Positions 15,421 through 24,000 of a stretch of 24,000 nt of DNA are shown here, piece by piece; position 1 is the first letter of the stretch, and the number at the start of each line of letters is the position of its first letter. The notes under the pieces were generated by a model. It was not told the DNA's origin, ran no database searches, and was given only the letters and a program-made list of their open reading frames with translations. The stretch comes from Bryobacterales bacterium. GTDB lineage: Bacteria; Acidobacteriota; Terriglobia; Bryobacterales; UBA6623. The position numbers were made by a program, and so were the translations under genes. The stretch is from assembly GCA_022824585.1 (NCBI GenBank), contig JAJDZN010000235.1:21176-45175 (forward strand). The letters run 5' to 3'.

Positions 15421-15449
15421 TGTCGCGAGCGGTTGGAGGCCTCAAGCGT

Positions 15450-17396
15450 TCAGGGCAGGTCCAGCGCGGGGTTGCGGTCAAAGAAGTCGAACGGGCGAAG
15501 CTCGAAGCCGTACCACATCGTCGGCATGACCGGCCAGTCCTCCGCGCGGGGCAGGTGATGCATGCCGATCGTGTGCCAGACGACAATGTCTCTGTCTCGG
15601 ATCGGCCGGTCGGCCGCAGTCCACGCGGGCAGGCCCATTCCCGGCTCGCTCAAGGTCGGGTGATCACCGGCGGCATGGCGTTCCGCATCTCGTTGCGGGG
15701 TAACCCAGAGGTGGTGATCGATGAACCCAGCTCGCCGCCGAGGGTAGTCATCTTCCGATAGGAGCGTGTTCGCATTTCTGCCGGGCAATATTTGAAAGCT
15801 CGTGGGATAGCCAGAGGAGTTGCGCCTGTCGTTGCTAAGGACCCGCCACAAAGCGGGACGCTCGAGGTTGATATCGAGTAGCGCTTCATGCTCGGTGGCC
15901 GGGACGTGCTCCTGCCGGACCCACAGGCTGCGCCGCGGGTGGTCGGCGGGTAGCCGCTGGGTCACCAAGCGGTCCGCAACGAAGCGGTTGGCCGTTCCAT
16001 CGATGTCCAGATCGAGCCTGTAGCTGAAATAGTGGTCATGGTTTACCGCAACGATGTTGCGATCCACAAATCGGCCATAGGCGTCTGCCTCAGATCCCGC
16101 CTGCAATGCGTTCTTGTCCTTGGTTGCCTTTACTTCCAGGATGCCGGTAGCACCCACGCGGACCTCGATCGACCCGTCCTAGCGAAAGATCCAGTCGAGC
16201 AGGTAGTCGTAGTTTCCTACCACGGCACCCACGCGCACGACGAGGTCGCGGCTCTTGCGGCTGTCCGGCATCTCGGAAGACCAGTGGCGCCAAGCCGGAT
16301 CACCGGTCTCTCTCTCAAAGACACAGATCGTGTCCGGCACAGTGCGCGGGCGCCCTTTGTCGTTGCTCATCACGGTTTCGACATAGGTGGCGTAGTCGGG
16401 ACAGTCACGGCCGCGCAGCAGAGCCTTCGCCAGCCCGCCGGACACGAATTCGCCGGCATCGATGAAATTCCGCCGGTACCAACCGAACGAAGGATCCATG
16501 TATGGGACGAAGATTTCGGACAAATGCCCTTGGTACATCACGGACCGAGTCGGACGGCCTGGTTGCTCTTGGTAGCTCACCAAGGAGAGGACCGCTCCGA
16601 GCCGCTGATCGGGCCGCAGGTGGAAACGCCAGTTCTGCCAACTCACCAGATGCCCGTCGAATTCGAATCCGGGGCCGAGTGGCTGGCGTGTATCCAGCGG
16701 GCCTGGAATCTCGCGCGGGCGTTTGAGGGTGGTGCGGTCGAAGTCTCCATCGGTTGCGCTGAGCGGCACGGGGCCATCGTCTACGACCCGCAGAACCTCC
16801 TCGGATTCGAGATCGACCACCGCCGACAGACCCTCGACTTGGCGGGTCCAAGCGTTCCGGACTCCGCGAGGCTCGGCGCACCGGACATTGCCGATGCGGC
16901 GCCCGCGCTCTTCGTCGGTTCCGAAATAGCCTGGCGGCACCGTGTCGCAATCGAGAAACGTTGTATCGGTGATTCCCCGGGCCTTGAGCGCGTCAAGAAA
17001 GTCAGGATGCTCGAGGACCTTGTCCACGACGGCCTCGTAGTCGTCGCCTGACCAGTTTGGCTGGACTCCGGCGAGCGGTGACCATGCTGCAACTCGGTTT
17101 CCGGCAAGATCGACAATCGCTTCAAAGGCATCCTTGCCTTGGCGCACCACGGCGTAGGCCATGCGCGGCGTTGCAGCCCCGGGACGCCAAGCCTGCACGT
17201 CGCGTTTCGGGGGCTCATGCAGCGTCAACTGGGAGAAGCGAGTCTCTCGGTTCATGTGCCCCGCATCGCGGATGAGCTCGAGCGCTCTCCAGATTTCTTG
17301 GTAGCTGAGCGGATCGAGAGGGTGGTCGGACGCGTGCGCCCCGGCAGGGGCGATGACGGCCGCCAAGGCGATGGTGCAGAGGGGTAGCTTGGTCAC
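15450..17396 (-). pseudogene. copper (topaquinone) primary-amine oxidase interrupted by a single in-frame TAG
   Basis: Listed ORFs 16179-17396 and 15450-16157 are in the same frame, separated by one TAG (16179-16181): ...VVGNYDYLLDWIFR*DGSIEVRVGATGILEVKA.... The joined product is about 648 aa. It has signal peptide MTKLPLCTIALAAVIAPAGAHA, TPQ motif NYDY (Tyr codon 16209-16211), and Cu ligands in NHDHYF and WHTIGMHHLPRAEDWPVMP. Confidence 0.85.
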
Positions 17397-17580
17397 GATC
17401 TACACTCCGGCTCGCAGGCTACGAACTGCAGGGCGCAATTGAGCATGGCCTGATTATCCCAATTGTCCGGCCGAAAACCCGGCCATCTGGCATCACCGCA
17501 AACCCTTCGAAATTGCGCTTGCCTGGTGGAAGCTTGGCGCAGGAGCTGACAGTTTGTCGACACGCTCGGGCTGGCCGGCC

Positions 17581-18882
17581 CTACCAGCGCGGCAAGACGC
17601 GCTGCCAGCCCGGGTCGACGTGCCTGCGCATCTCGGCCGCATCGTCGCGGCGGCGATACGGGATCTTGTCATAGCGCTCCTTGAGCCGGGCGAGCTGGTC
17701 TCGGTCGATGTCCACCCCCAATCCGCCGCGCTCGGGCACGCGCAGGCTACCGCCGACAAACTTGAGCCGGCCGCCCACAATCACCTCATCGGATGTCTGC
17801 CACGGATAGTGCGTGTCGCAGGCATAGGTCAGGTTCTTGGTCGCCGCGGCGACATGGGTCATCGCCATCAGAGAGATGCCAAGATGCGAGTTGGAATGCA
17901 TCGACAGGGCCAGGCCGAAGGTCTGGCAGAGCTTTCCGAGGTGCTGCACCTGGCGCATCCCTCCCCAGAAGTGGTGATCGCAAAGCACGACTTGGACGGC
18001 ATCGCGCCGAATTGTCTCTGGCAGGTGGGCAAACGAAGTCACCGCGACATTGCTGGCCAGCGGCGTGTCGATGCCCTTGCCAAGGAGCGCCGCGCGGGCC
18101 TGTGCCATGCCGTCGATTCCTGCCGTGGGGTCTTCGAGGTAGCCGCCGCCGGTCAATTCCTCGCGCAGGGCTTCCCCGACCCGCACGGACGTCTCCACCG
18201 TCCACGCTGAATTGGGATCGATGCGTTGCGGCACTGCAGGGCCGAACTCCTGCCGCAATTGCTGAACAGTTTCGATCTCCTGTTCAGGATCCAGCACACC
18301 GCCTTTGAGCTTGACGTCCCTGAATCCGTATTCGTCGACCATCGACCGCACCTGTTGCACGATCGACGCAGGAGTCAGGCATTCTCCGTATTTGTCCTCG
18401 CGCGCGTCCGAGCCCTCGCCGCCACCGCCGCCGTGCTTGTAGAAGGCGTAGGCAGAAAACGGCACTTCGTCGCGAACGCGCCCGCCCAGCAAGTCGCAGA
18501 CCGGCACGCCGACGCTGCGCCCGATCAGGTCCAAGCTGGCGGTCTCGATGGCTGAATAGGTCCGCGGCCCAGCATCGAGGGGGTTCTCGCCGGGAGTGCT
18601 CATCACATGGGAGCGCTCGCTGCCTCCTCCCTCTCCCTCGGCCACGTCAAGCAGGTCGCCGGTAAGCCGGTAGGCATCCTTGCCGACGACATCCGGCGCG
18701 ATCTTGCGCAAAGCGTCGGCCGGGCCCTCCCCGCCATAGGTCTCGGCGATGCCGACAATGCCGTCCTCGCTCTCCAATTCCACGATGTTGCGCAGCGCAT
18801 ACGGCGCATGCAGCCCGTAGGAGCTGCGCAGGGGCGGGTCGGCGATCGCGATCGAATGCACCCGCAAGTCTTTGATTTTCAT
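17581..18882 (-). CDS. gudD: glucarate dehydratase-like enolase-superfamily enzyme
   Basis: The listed ORF starts at 18921; ATG 18882 (MKIKDLRVHS) is preferred. Motifs match glucarate dehydratase: GLHAPYALRNIV, VKLKGGV, DPNSAW, LEDP, ASNVAV, DHHFWGG, SMHSNSHLGISLMAMTHVAAA. Confidence 0.8.
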   Translation of the reverse strand: MKIKDLRVHSIAIADPPLRSSYGLHAPYALRNIVELESEDGIVGIAETYGGEGPADALRKIAPDVVGKDAYRLTGDLLDVAEGEGGGSERSHVMSTPGENPLDAGPRTYSAIETASLDLIGRSVGVPVCDLLGGRVRDEVPFSAYAFYKHGGGGGEGSDAREDKYGECLTPASIVQQVRSMVDEYGFRDVKLKGGVLDPEQEIETVQQLRQEFGPAVPQRIDPNSAWTVETSVRVGEALREELTGGGYLEDPTAGIDGMAQARAALLGKGIDTPLASNVAVTSFAHLPETIRRDAVQVVLCDHHFWGGMRQVQHLGKLCQTFGLALSMHSNSHLGISLMAMTHVAAATKNLTYACDTHYPWQTSDEVIVGGRLKFVGGSLRVPERGGLGVDIDRDQLARLKERYDKIPYRRRDDAAEMRRHVDPGWQRVLPRW

Positions 18883-18975
18883 GGGACCAAACCCATTGTA
18901 GGAAGCGCGCCAGCGACCCACTCGCCGGGGATTGCACCCCGCTGCGCAAGCTGGCTAGACTAAGAATGTCGCCGT

Positions 18976-19518
18976 GTGGAACGAACTCTCTTCATCGACA
19001 CGGCTAGCTTGGAGCAAAAGCCGTTTCACTTCGAGACCCTGATCAGGCCCGGACTGCTGGATCTGTCCGAACGCTGGTCGGTCGACAAGGAAGTGGAAAC
19101 ATCGGGGTCTGCGGAACTACTCGACAGGGAAGGTGTGCGATCCATCCGGGTCCGAGGCCAGATCAAGGCTTCGATCGAGTACGCTTGCGACCTGTGCCTG
19201 AAGGATCTGCAGCTGGACTTCGACTCCAAGTTCGACCTGTTTTTCTATCCAATGGAGATGCTAGAAGATGGCGGTGAAGCGGCCATCAGCCGCGACGAGA
19301 CCGAAGTCGGCTTTTACGACGGCGACGGGATCGGCCTGGCTGATGTGATCCGCGAGCAGTTGCTGCTGTGGCTGCCGGTTCGCAGCCTGTGCAGCCCGGA
19401 CTGCAATGGCCTCTGCCCGATCTGCGGGATCGACCGCAACTCGGGACGGTGCGACTGCCGGCAGGAATTCGAAGATCCGCGCTGGGACGGCTTGCGTCAA
19501 ATCTCGCTCAAGCATTGA
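18976..19518 (+). CDS. yceD: DUF177 / YceD family protein
   Basis: 180 aa with GTG start. Cys cluster CSPDCNGLCPICGIDRNSGRCDC. It sits in the conserved position directly upstream of rpmF. Confidence 0.85.
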   Translation: MERTLFIDTASLEQKPFHFETLIRPGLLDLSERWSVDKEVETSGSAELLDREGVRSIRVRGQIKASIEYACDLCLKDLQLDFDSKFDLFFYPMEMLEDGGEAAISRDETEVGFYDGDGIGLADVIREQLLLWLPVRSLCSPDCNGLCPICGIDRNSGRCDCRQEFEDPRWDGLRQISLKH

Positions 19519-19546
19519 CGCGCGAATCGACTGGGAGAATACAATC

Positions 19547-19729
19547 ATGCCAAATCCGAAGCGCAGGCATTCCAGGTCCCGCCGGGACAAGCGCCGCACG
19601 CACGACAGCCTCGCTGTCCGGTCGGCGTCGGTCTGCCCGAACTGCGGGGTGAGCGTGCTGCCCCACCGCGTGTGCAAGGAATGCGGCCACTACAAGGGCC
19701 GCGAAGTGATCGAAGTCGACGAAGAGTAG
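19547..19729 (+). CDS. rpmF: 50S ribosomal protein bL32
   Basis: 60 aa from ATG 19547 (GGGAGA 8 nt upstream), inside the longer listed ORF 19406-19729. N-terminus MPNPKRRHSRSRRDKRRTH and zinc ribbon CPNCG...CKECG. Confidence 0.95.
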   Translation: MPNPKRRHSRSRRDKRRTHDSLAVRSASVCPNCGVSVLPHRVCKECGHYKGREVIEVDEE

Positions 19730-19757
19730 CGCCGACCCCTAAGGAGTCCGAACCCGC

Positions 19758-20813
19758 GTGGCAAGTTCAGTCACCGTTGCAGTAGACGCGATGGGCAGCG
19801 ACGACGCGCCCATTGCGGAGGTCGAAGGCTCGCTGTTGGCAGCGGAAGAGTTCGGGGCCAAGATCCTGCTGGTTGGCCGGGAGGAGATCCTGCGCCGCGA
19901 ACTTTCCCGGCATTTCCCCGCTACCGGCCAGATCGAGATCGTCCACGCCGAAGACGTGGTGACGATGCACGATAACACCTCGGCCGCGATACGCACCAAA
20001 AAGGACACGTCGATCCGCGTCGCTGCCGAGCAGGTGCTTTCGGGCCGGGCCGGAGGCATGGTTTCGGCCGGCAACACCGGCGCCGTGATGGCCACGGCCG
20101 TGAAGGTCATGGGCCGCATCCCCGGAGCCAAGCGCCCGGCCGTGGCACAGATCTTCCCGACCGACCGCGGCGGGCGCACGCTGCTGCTCGACGTCGGCGC
20201 AAACGTGGACTGCACGCCGACGATGCTGGTGCAGTTCGCGGCGATGGGCGAAGTCTACACGCGGGTGCTGTTCGGGTGCAAGGAGCCGCGGATCGGGCTG
20301 CTATCCATCGGCGAGGAAGAGCACAAGGGCAACGACCTGACTAGCAAGGCGAGCAACCTGTTCAAGCAGAAGCCGTTCAACTTCGTCGGTAACGTCGAGG
20401 GGCGGGACCTATTCACAGGCAACGTCGACGTGATCGTCTGCGATGGCTTTGTCGGCAACGTGGCCCTGAAGGTCAGCGAGGGCTTGGTGTCAACGATCAA
20501 GACCATGCTGATCCAGTCGCTCGAGGCGACTGTCATGCGCCAGATAGGCTACGGCCTGGCAAAGGGCGCGTTTGACGAATTCAAGAAGCGCGTCGATTAC
20601 GAAGAGTACGGCGGCGCGCCGCTACTCGGAGTGAAGGGCGGCGTGATCATCTGCCATGGCCGGTCCACGCGCCAGGCGATCAAGAATGCGGTGCGGGTAG
20701 CGATTGATTTCGAGACTGGCGGGATCACGCGCAAGATCCAAGAGAACCTAGTAGACGGCCTCGAGAGCATCGGGGGCCGCAGCAGCTCAACCCCTGGCGC
20801 TGCCCAGCGATAG
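19758..20813 (+). CDS. plsX: phosphate acyltransferase PlsX
   Basis: 351 aa with GTG start and AAGGAG at 19741-19746. Motifs: VAVDAMGSDDAP, GNTGA, CDGFVGNVALK, GVKGGVIICHGRS. Confidence 0.95.
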   Translation: MASSVTVAVDAMGSDDAPIAEVEGSLLAAEEFGAKILLVGREEILRRELSRHFPATGQIEIVHAEDVVTMHDNTSAAIRTKKDTSIRVAAEQVLSGRAGGMVSAGNTGAVMATAVKVMGRIPGAKRPAVAQIFPTDRGGRTLLLDVGANVDCTPTMLVQFAAMGEVYTRVLFGCKEPRIGLLSIGEEEHKGNDLTSKASNLFKQKPFNFVGNVEGRDLFTGNVDVIVCDGFVGNVALKVSEGLVSTIKTMLIQSLEATVMRQIGYGLAKGAFDEFKKRVDYEEYGGAPLLGVKGGVIICHGRSTRQAIKNAVRVAIDFETGGITRKIQENLVDGLESIGGRSSSTPGAAQR

Positions 20814-21275
20814 ACATAGGGCGGGCAGGGCGTCGGTGACAGCCCGGCCCAATGCCTCAAGCTGCGGCTGGTCCATGGCCGCTTGCATGGCTTGGAACAG
20901 CACTCGCTCCTCGGTTCGAATGTGATTCACCAATGCGGTGCGCAGCTGGTCCAGCAACGGCCGGAGCTCGCTAGCGGGGGCTCGCTCCAAAGCCTCGAAC
21001 TGCAGGCGGATCCCCTCGTGCTCGGCGATCAGGGTGTCGACCAAGGCGGGCTCGCCAGCCTGCCGCGCGGCGGGGAACACGATCTGCTCCTCAACCTCGA
21101 AGTGGCCCCGAAACTCCAGCTGCCACAGATCGAGCGCCTGCTCGCGCAAGCGCTCGAGTTGGGCTGTGGCTACAGGGCCAGCGCCATCGCGCAGGCCCCG
21201 CTCGACCATCACGCCCAGCGCCAAGCCATCGTGGTGCTGGCGGGACAGCGGCACCAAGGCCGGGTGTCGCTTCAC
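20787..21275 (-). CDS. hemerythrin (HHE cation-binding) domain protein
   Basis: This is the 3' third of the listed 347-aa ORF. GTG 21275 overlaps the MFS stop in a GTGA arrangement. N-terminus KRHPALVPLSRQHHDGLAL. Repeated H-x3-E-E motifs (HFEVEEQIVFP, IAEHEG, HIRTEERVLF). Confidence 0.7.
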   Translation of the reverse strand: MKRHPALVPLSRQHHDGLALGVMVERGLRDGAGPVATAQLERLREQALDLWQLEFRGHFEVEEQIVFPAARQAGEPALVDTLIAEHEGIRLQFEALERAPASELRPLLDQLRTALVNHIRTEERVLFQAMQAAMDQPQLEALGRAVTDALPALCLSLGSARG

Positions 21276-22531
21276 GCCCCGGAATCCAACGTCTCGGGCT
21301 TGTAACCGCCCTTGCTCCTGAAGTACAGGAAGAATGCCCCGAAGAACACCACCAGCAACATCGGCATTACCGACACGTACTGGAAGGCCGCGGCGGCGCC
21401 CTCGTTCTCGTACCAACGGCCCATGAACGGCAGAACGAACGCGATGGCGAGATTGCCGGTGCCACCCATCAGCGCCAGCGCGACCGGGCCGCCCTTGGGG
21501 AAGAGTTCCGAGGTCACGCCCAGCATGGTGGGCCAGAAGTAGGTCTTGCCCACGCCGAAGAGCGTGGCGGCCGCAAACGCGCCCATGACCGTGCTCACCG
21601 AGCCGAGCGAGTACAGGCCGGCTGCGGCCAGCACAGCGGAAATGGTCATCAGGCCGAACGGCGAGAACTTGTGCGCGAGCGGGCCGCCAAAGAAGCGCAG
21701 CACGAACATGATGCCAGCGGTGTAGACCAAGATGAGGACGCCCTGCATTCCGGTCAGGTTGGTGATGAGAGAGGGCACCCACTGGTCGGGCCCCAGCTCG
21801 GTGGCTGACGTGAGCCACATGCAGATCCACAGGGCGATGAACGACGGCCGCAGCAAGTCACGCAGCATGGCGGAATTGCTCACGCCGGCAGCGACGCGCT
21901 CGGTGGCTGGGAACTGCTGGCCGCGGATCAAGAACAGATACGCCACGGCCACCGCCAGGATGGTGAGCATCTTGATGCGCCAGCCTAAGGTGGCCGTCGC
22001 GGCGCTCACGCCCTCGTCGCCAAGACCCATCACCATGGTGATGAGAAAAGCGAGCAGGCCGCCCACGATCAAGCCGCCCGGCCACCAAGCGTGCAGGACG
22101 TTCATTCGGTGCGTCTTGTCTTCCGGGTACAGCGTCGAGCACAGCGGGTTGATGACGCCCTCCACAAGGCCCTGCGCGAGGCCCAGGGTGAGCATCGCGG
22201 CCCACAGCAAGATTGTGATTGGATTGCCGAAGAGGGATTCGATCGGCGCATCGGGGAACGGCGCGAGCACGATCGCCAGAATCGCGCCGATATAGAACAG
22301 TCCGGACAGGGTCAGCAGGCGGCGCATCCCGAACAGGTCGACCAGCGAGCCGCCGATCAGAATCGACAGCGTGAAGCCCAAGAACGCCGGGCTGAGCAAC
22401 TGGCCGAGCTGCTCCTTGTTCAGCTGGAAGTCGTTGCCGAGCGCGTCGAGTACGTCACCGCGTATCGAGAACACCATCGATGTGGTGACGAGCGCTACAC
22501 AACTGGCTATGAAGAGACGGTTTCGATTCAT
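21272..22531 (-). CDS. MFS transporter
   Basis: About 419 aa from ATG 22531, with AAGGAGG 6 nt upstream; the listed ORF starts at 22570. Roughly 12 hydrophobic segments. MFS-like loop LVDLFGMRRLL after the second helix. Confidence 0.8.
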   Translation of the reverse strand: MNRNRLFIASCVALVTTSMVFSIRGDVLDALGNDFQLNKEQLGQLLSPAFLGFTLSILIGGSLVDLFGMRRLLTLSGLFYIGAILAIVLAPFPDAPIESLFGNPITILLWAAMLTLGLAQGLVEGVINPLCSTLYPEDKTHRMNVLHAWWPGGLIVGGLLAFLITMVMGLGDEGVSAATATLGWRIKMLTILAVAVAYLFLIRGQQFPATERVAAGVSNSAMLRDLLRPSFIALWICMWLTSATELGPDQWVPSLITNLTGMQGVLILVYTAGIMFVLRFFGGPLAHKFSPFGLMTISAVLAAAGLYSLGSVSTVMGAFAAATLFGVGKTYFWPTMLGVTSELFPKGGPVALALMGGTGNLAIAFVLPFMGRWYENEGAAAAFQYVSVMPMLLVVFFGAFFLYFRSKGGYKPETLDSGA

Positions 22532-22613
22532 GTGGCCCCTCCTTGCGGGTTCGGGCAGATAGCGTAGCACATAGATAGCTCAGGCGGTTGGACGCGGCAG
22601 CACCGGATCCGAG

Positions 22614-24000
22614 TCAGCGAGCGCCCGGCGGAGCGCAGGCGAACGAAGCGCTTTCGGCCGGGTCGCCCGCGCCGTCATAGACCGCGACTTCGGGGTACGG
22701 GCATAGCGGCCTCGTGAGTTCGGTCTTGCCCTGAACCACGCGCGACGCCTCGATCCGCTGCGGCACCTTGCCGTCTTCGACCCACGCCATCAGGGACGCG
22801 AAATAGTCGGCTTGGGAGACGCCGAGGCCGCCGCTGCAATGGAACATGCCCGGCACCATGAACAGGCGGAAGAAGTCTCGCGTCTCGTCGCCGGTGACGC
22901 GCAAGGCCTCCTCGTAGTAGTTCACTCCCATCAGCGGATTCAGCGCGGTATCGGCCCAGCCGAAATACATCAGCATCTTGCCGCCTGCGTCTCGAAAGCG
23001 GGACAGGTCTGGATCGGTGGCGTCCAAGATCGAGCGGATGAAGTCCATCCGGCCGAGGTCTTCGTCGAAGTCTAGGTCGCGGAGCTCGAATTCGGGATCG
23101 TCCGGTTCGAAAGCCAAATAGCGCAGGAACGTCTCGGCAAAGACCTGCTGCCGGGAGGGTCCGTCCTCGGAAACGATCCAGCCCTGCCAGCCGCTGGTGC
23201 GCCTGCGCCCCGATGGAGGGGCGGCTTCCGCGCCGGCGGGCTGGCCGGGAAAGACCTGCTCGCCTTTGCTGATCACGCCGCCGTAGATCTTTGCGAGGGC
23301 CTCGATCTGGCCGTCGTCGAAGCACTGGTCGGTGGCGACACTGTTACAGCGCGGCAAGTCCCTCGCTGGATCGAAGTCGCATGCACGGGGATCTTCCAGC
23401 AGGCCGTCTTCCAGCCCATCCAGCCCGTCGCACTTTGCGTAAACTTCCTTGGCGACGGCTTCCATCTCGGACAACGTGAGCGGCGCGTCGGCCAGCGCCA
23501 GGGCGTTCCAAGCGCCCCAGATCTGGGTGCCGGTGAAGTCAAGCACGGGAGCGCCGACCAAGATGCCATCGAAGTCCTTCGGAAAGCGCTGAGCCGCCAT
23601 CAGGCCTTGGCGTCCGCCCGTCGAGCATCCTCGCCAGTACGTATAGTTGGGCGGCCGTCCGTAGTAGATGCCCGCCAGCTCCTTGGCCGTCTGGATCGTG
23701 AGGCGGACAGCGCGGAAGCTATAGTCGATCTCCTTCTGGCGATTGTTGAAGGCGAAGGTGCCGAGCGGTTCAGCGGTCCGATCATGCCCGGTGTTGGTGT
23801 AGACCGACACGAACCCATCGGCAACGATCCGCTCCGAGGCGCGGATGCTTCCCGGAGTGTCAGGCGAGTTGCCAGCATAGCCGCCGTTGCCGCGCATCAC
23901 GATGCTCCCGTTCCACTCCGCGGGCAGCACGACCTCAAAGACAATCTCAGGGGGTAGAACACCCAGGACGCGGCAGCGCTCGGGGACGTCGCCCGTCGCT
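22614..24000 (-). CDS. tannase / feruloyl esterase family alpha/beta hydrolase, 5'-truncated by the window edge
   Basis: The frame stays open from 23930 to the window end (…GDVPERCRVLGVLPPEIVFEVVLPAEWNGS). Family motif YWRGCSTGGRQGLMAAQRFPKDFDGILVGAPV, with several conserved Cys. Stop is TGA 22614-22616. Confidence 0.85.
   Translation of the reverse strand, partial: ATGDVPERCRVLGVLPPEIVFEVVLPAEWNGSIVMRGNGGYAGNSPDTPGSIRASERIVADGFVSVYTNTGHDRTAEPLGTFAFNNRQKEIDYSFRAVRLTIQTAKELAGIYYGRPPNYTYWRGCSTGGRQGLMAAQRFPKDFDGILVGAPVLDFTGTQIWGAWNALALADAPLTLSEMEAVAKEVYAKCDGLDGLEDGLLEDPRACDFDPARDLPRCNSVATDQCFDDGQIEALAKIYGGVISKGEQVFPGQPAGAEAAPPSGRRRTSGWQGWIVSEDGPSRQQVFAETFLRYLAFEPDDPEFELRDLDFDEDLGRMDFIRSILDATDPDLSRFRDAGGKMLMYFGWADTALNPLMGVNYYEEALRVTGDETRDFFRLFMVPGMFHCSGGLGVSQADYFASLMAWVEDGKVPQRIEASRVVQGKTELTRPLCPYPEVAVYDGAGDPAESASFACAPPGAR

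Noticed and set aside
13776-15438. The repeat pair (13776-13850 / 15364-15438) as a diversity-generating retroelement VR/TR pair
   Set aside because: Mismatches are spread over all four bases (many are C/G and C/T differences), not confined to adenines of one copy. No reverse transcriptase gene is nearby, and the second copy contains frameshifts and deletions typical of decay.
16179-16181. The in-frame TAG in the amine oxidase as programmed recoding (pyrrolysine or genetic-code reassignment)
   Set aside because: TAG is the ordinary terminator of many confident genes in this window: ggt, the radical-SAM gene, sulfatase 3, the ATPase, gudD, rpmF and plsX. No pyl genes are visible. A nonsense mutation or sequencing error is far more likely.
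20787-21830. 347-aa ORF treated as a single gene
   Set aside because: Its upstream two-thirds overlaps the MFS transporter gene in another frame and is Arg/Gly/His-rich nonsense. Only the last about 162 codons (from GTG 21275) carry hemerythrin motifs.
1-24000. Scan for CRISPR arrays, tRNA/rRNA genes, transposases, integrases and toxin-antitoxin pairs
   Set aside because: No regularly spaced repeats were found. There were no T-loop-like GGTTCGAATCC motifs in intergenic regions, and no ORFs with recognisable transposase, integrase or toxin-antitoxin signatures. Absence is judged by eye only.

Overview
High-GC bacterial chromosomal window (about two-thirds G+C by eye; GGAGG-type Shine-Dalgarno sites present). 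I found no rRNA, tRNA, CRISPR array or recognisable transposase or integrase. The content mixes housekeeping genes (purA, queG, yceD-rpmF-plsX) with many exported or periplasmic enzymes. These include a 5'-truncated gamma-glutamyltransferase, three Cys-type sulfatases (two with twin-arginine leaders), a Cu/Zn superoxide dismutase, a copper amine oxidase, a glucarate-dehydratase-like enolase and a tannase/feruloyl-esterase. An MFS transporter is translationally coupled to a hemerythrin-domain gene. The sulfatase load suggests a sulfatase-rich high-GC lineage such as Planctomycetota, Acidobacteriota or Verrucomicrobiota; I cannot assign taxonomy from sequence alone. Main points for follow-up: (1) A stand-alone 701-aa radical-SAM enzyme (7773-9878, minus) has a rubredoxin-like Cys knuckle, a CxxxCxxC core and C-terminal Cys clusters. 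From memory this matches the COG1964 / archaeal tetraether lipid synthase (Tes, GDGT-MAS) family, so it is a candidate bacterial membrane-spanning-lipid synthase. (2) A lower-GC orphan AAA+ (DUF4143-type) ATPase gene with a PD-(D/E)xK-like C-terminus sits behind an AT-rich 16/24-bp palindrome. It occupies the place of a second sulfatase, of which only a frameshifted 3' relic remains (about 15255-15420). (3) The copper amine oxidase is interrupted by one in-frame TAG although all catalytic motifs are intact. All start codons are provisional, and every family call rests on motif recognition by eye, not on database searches.
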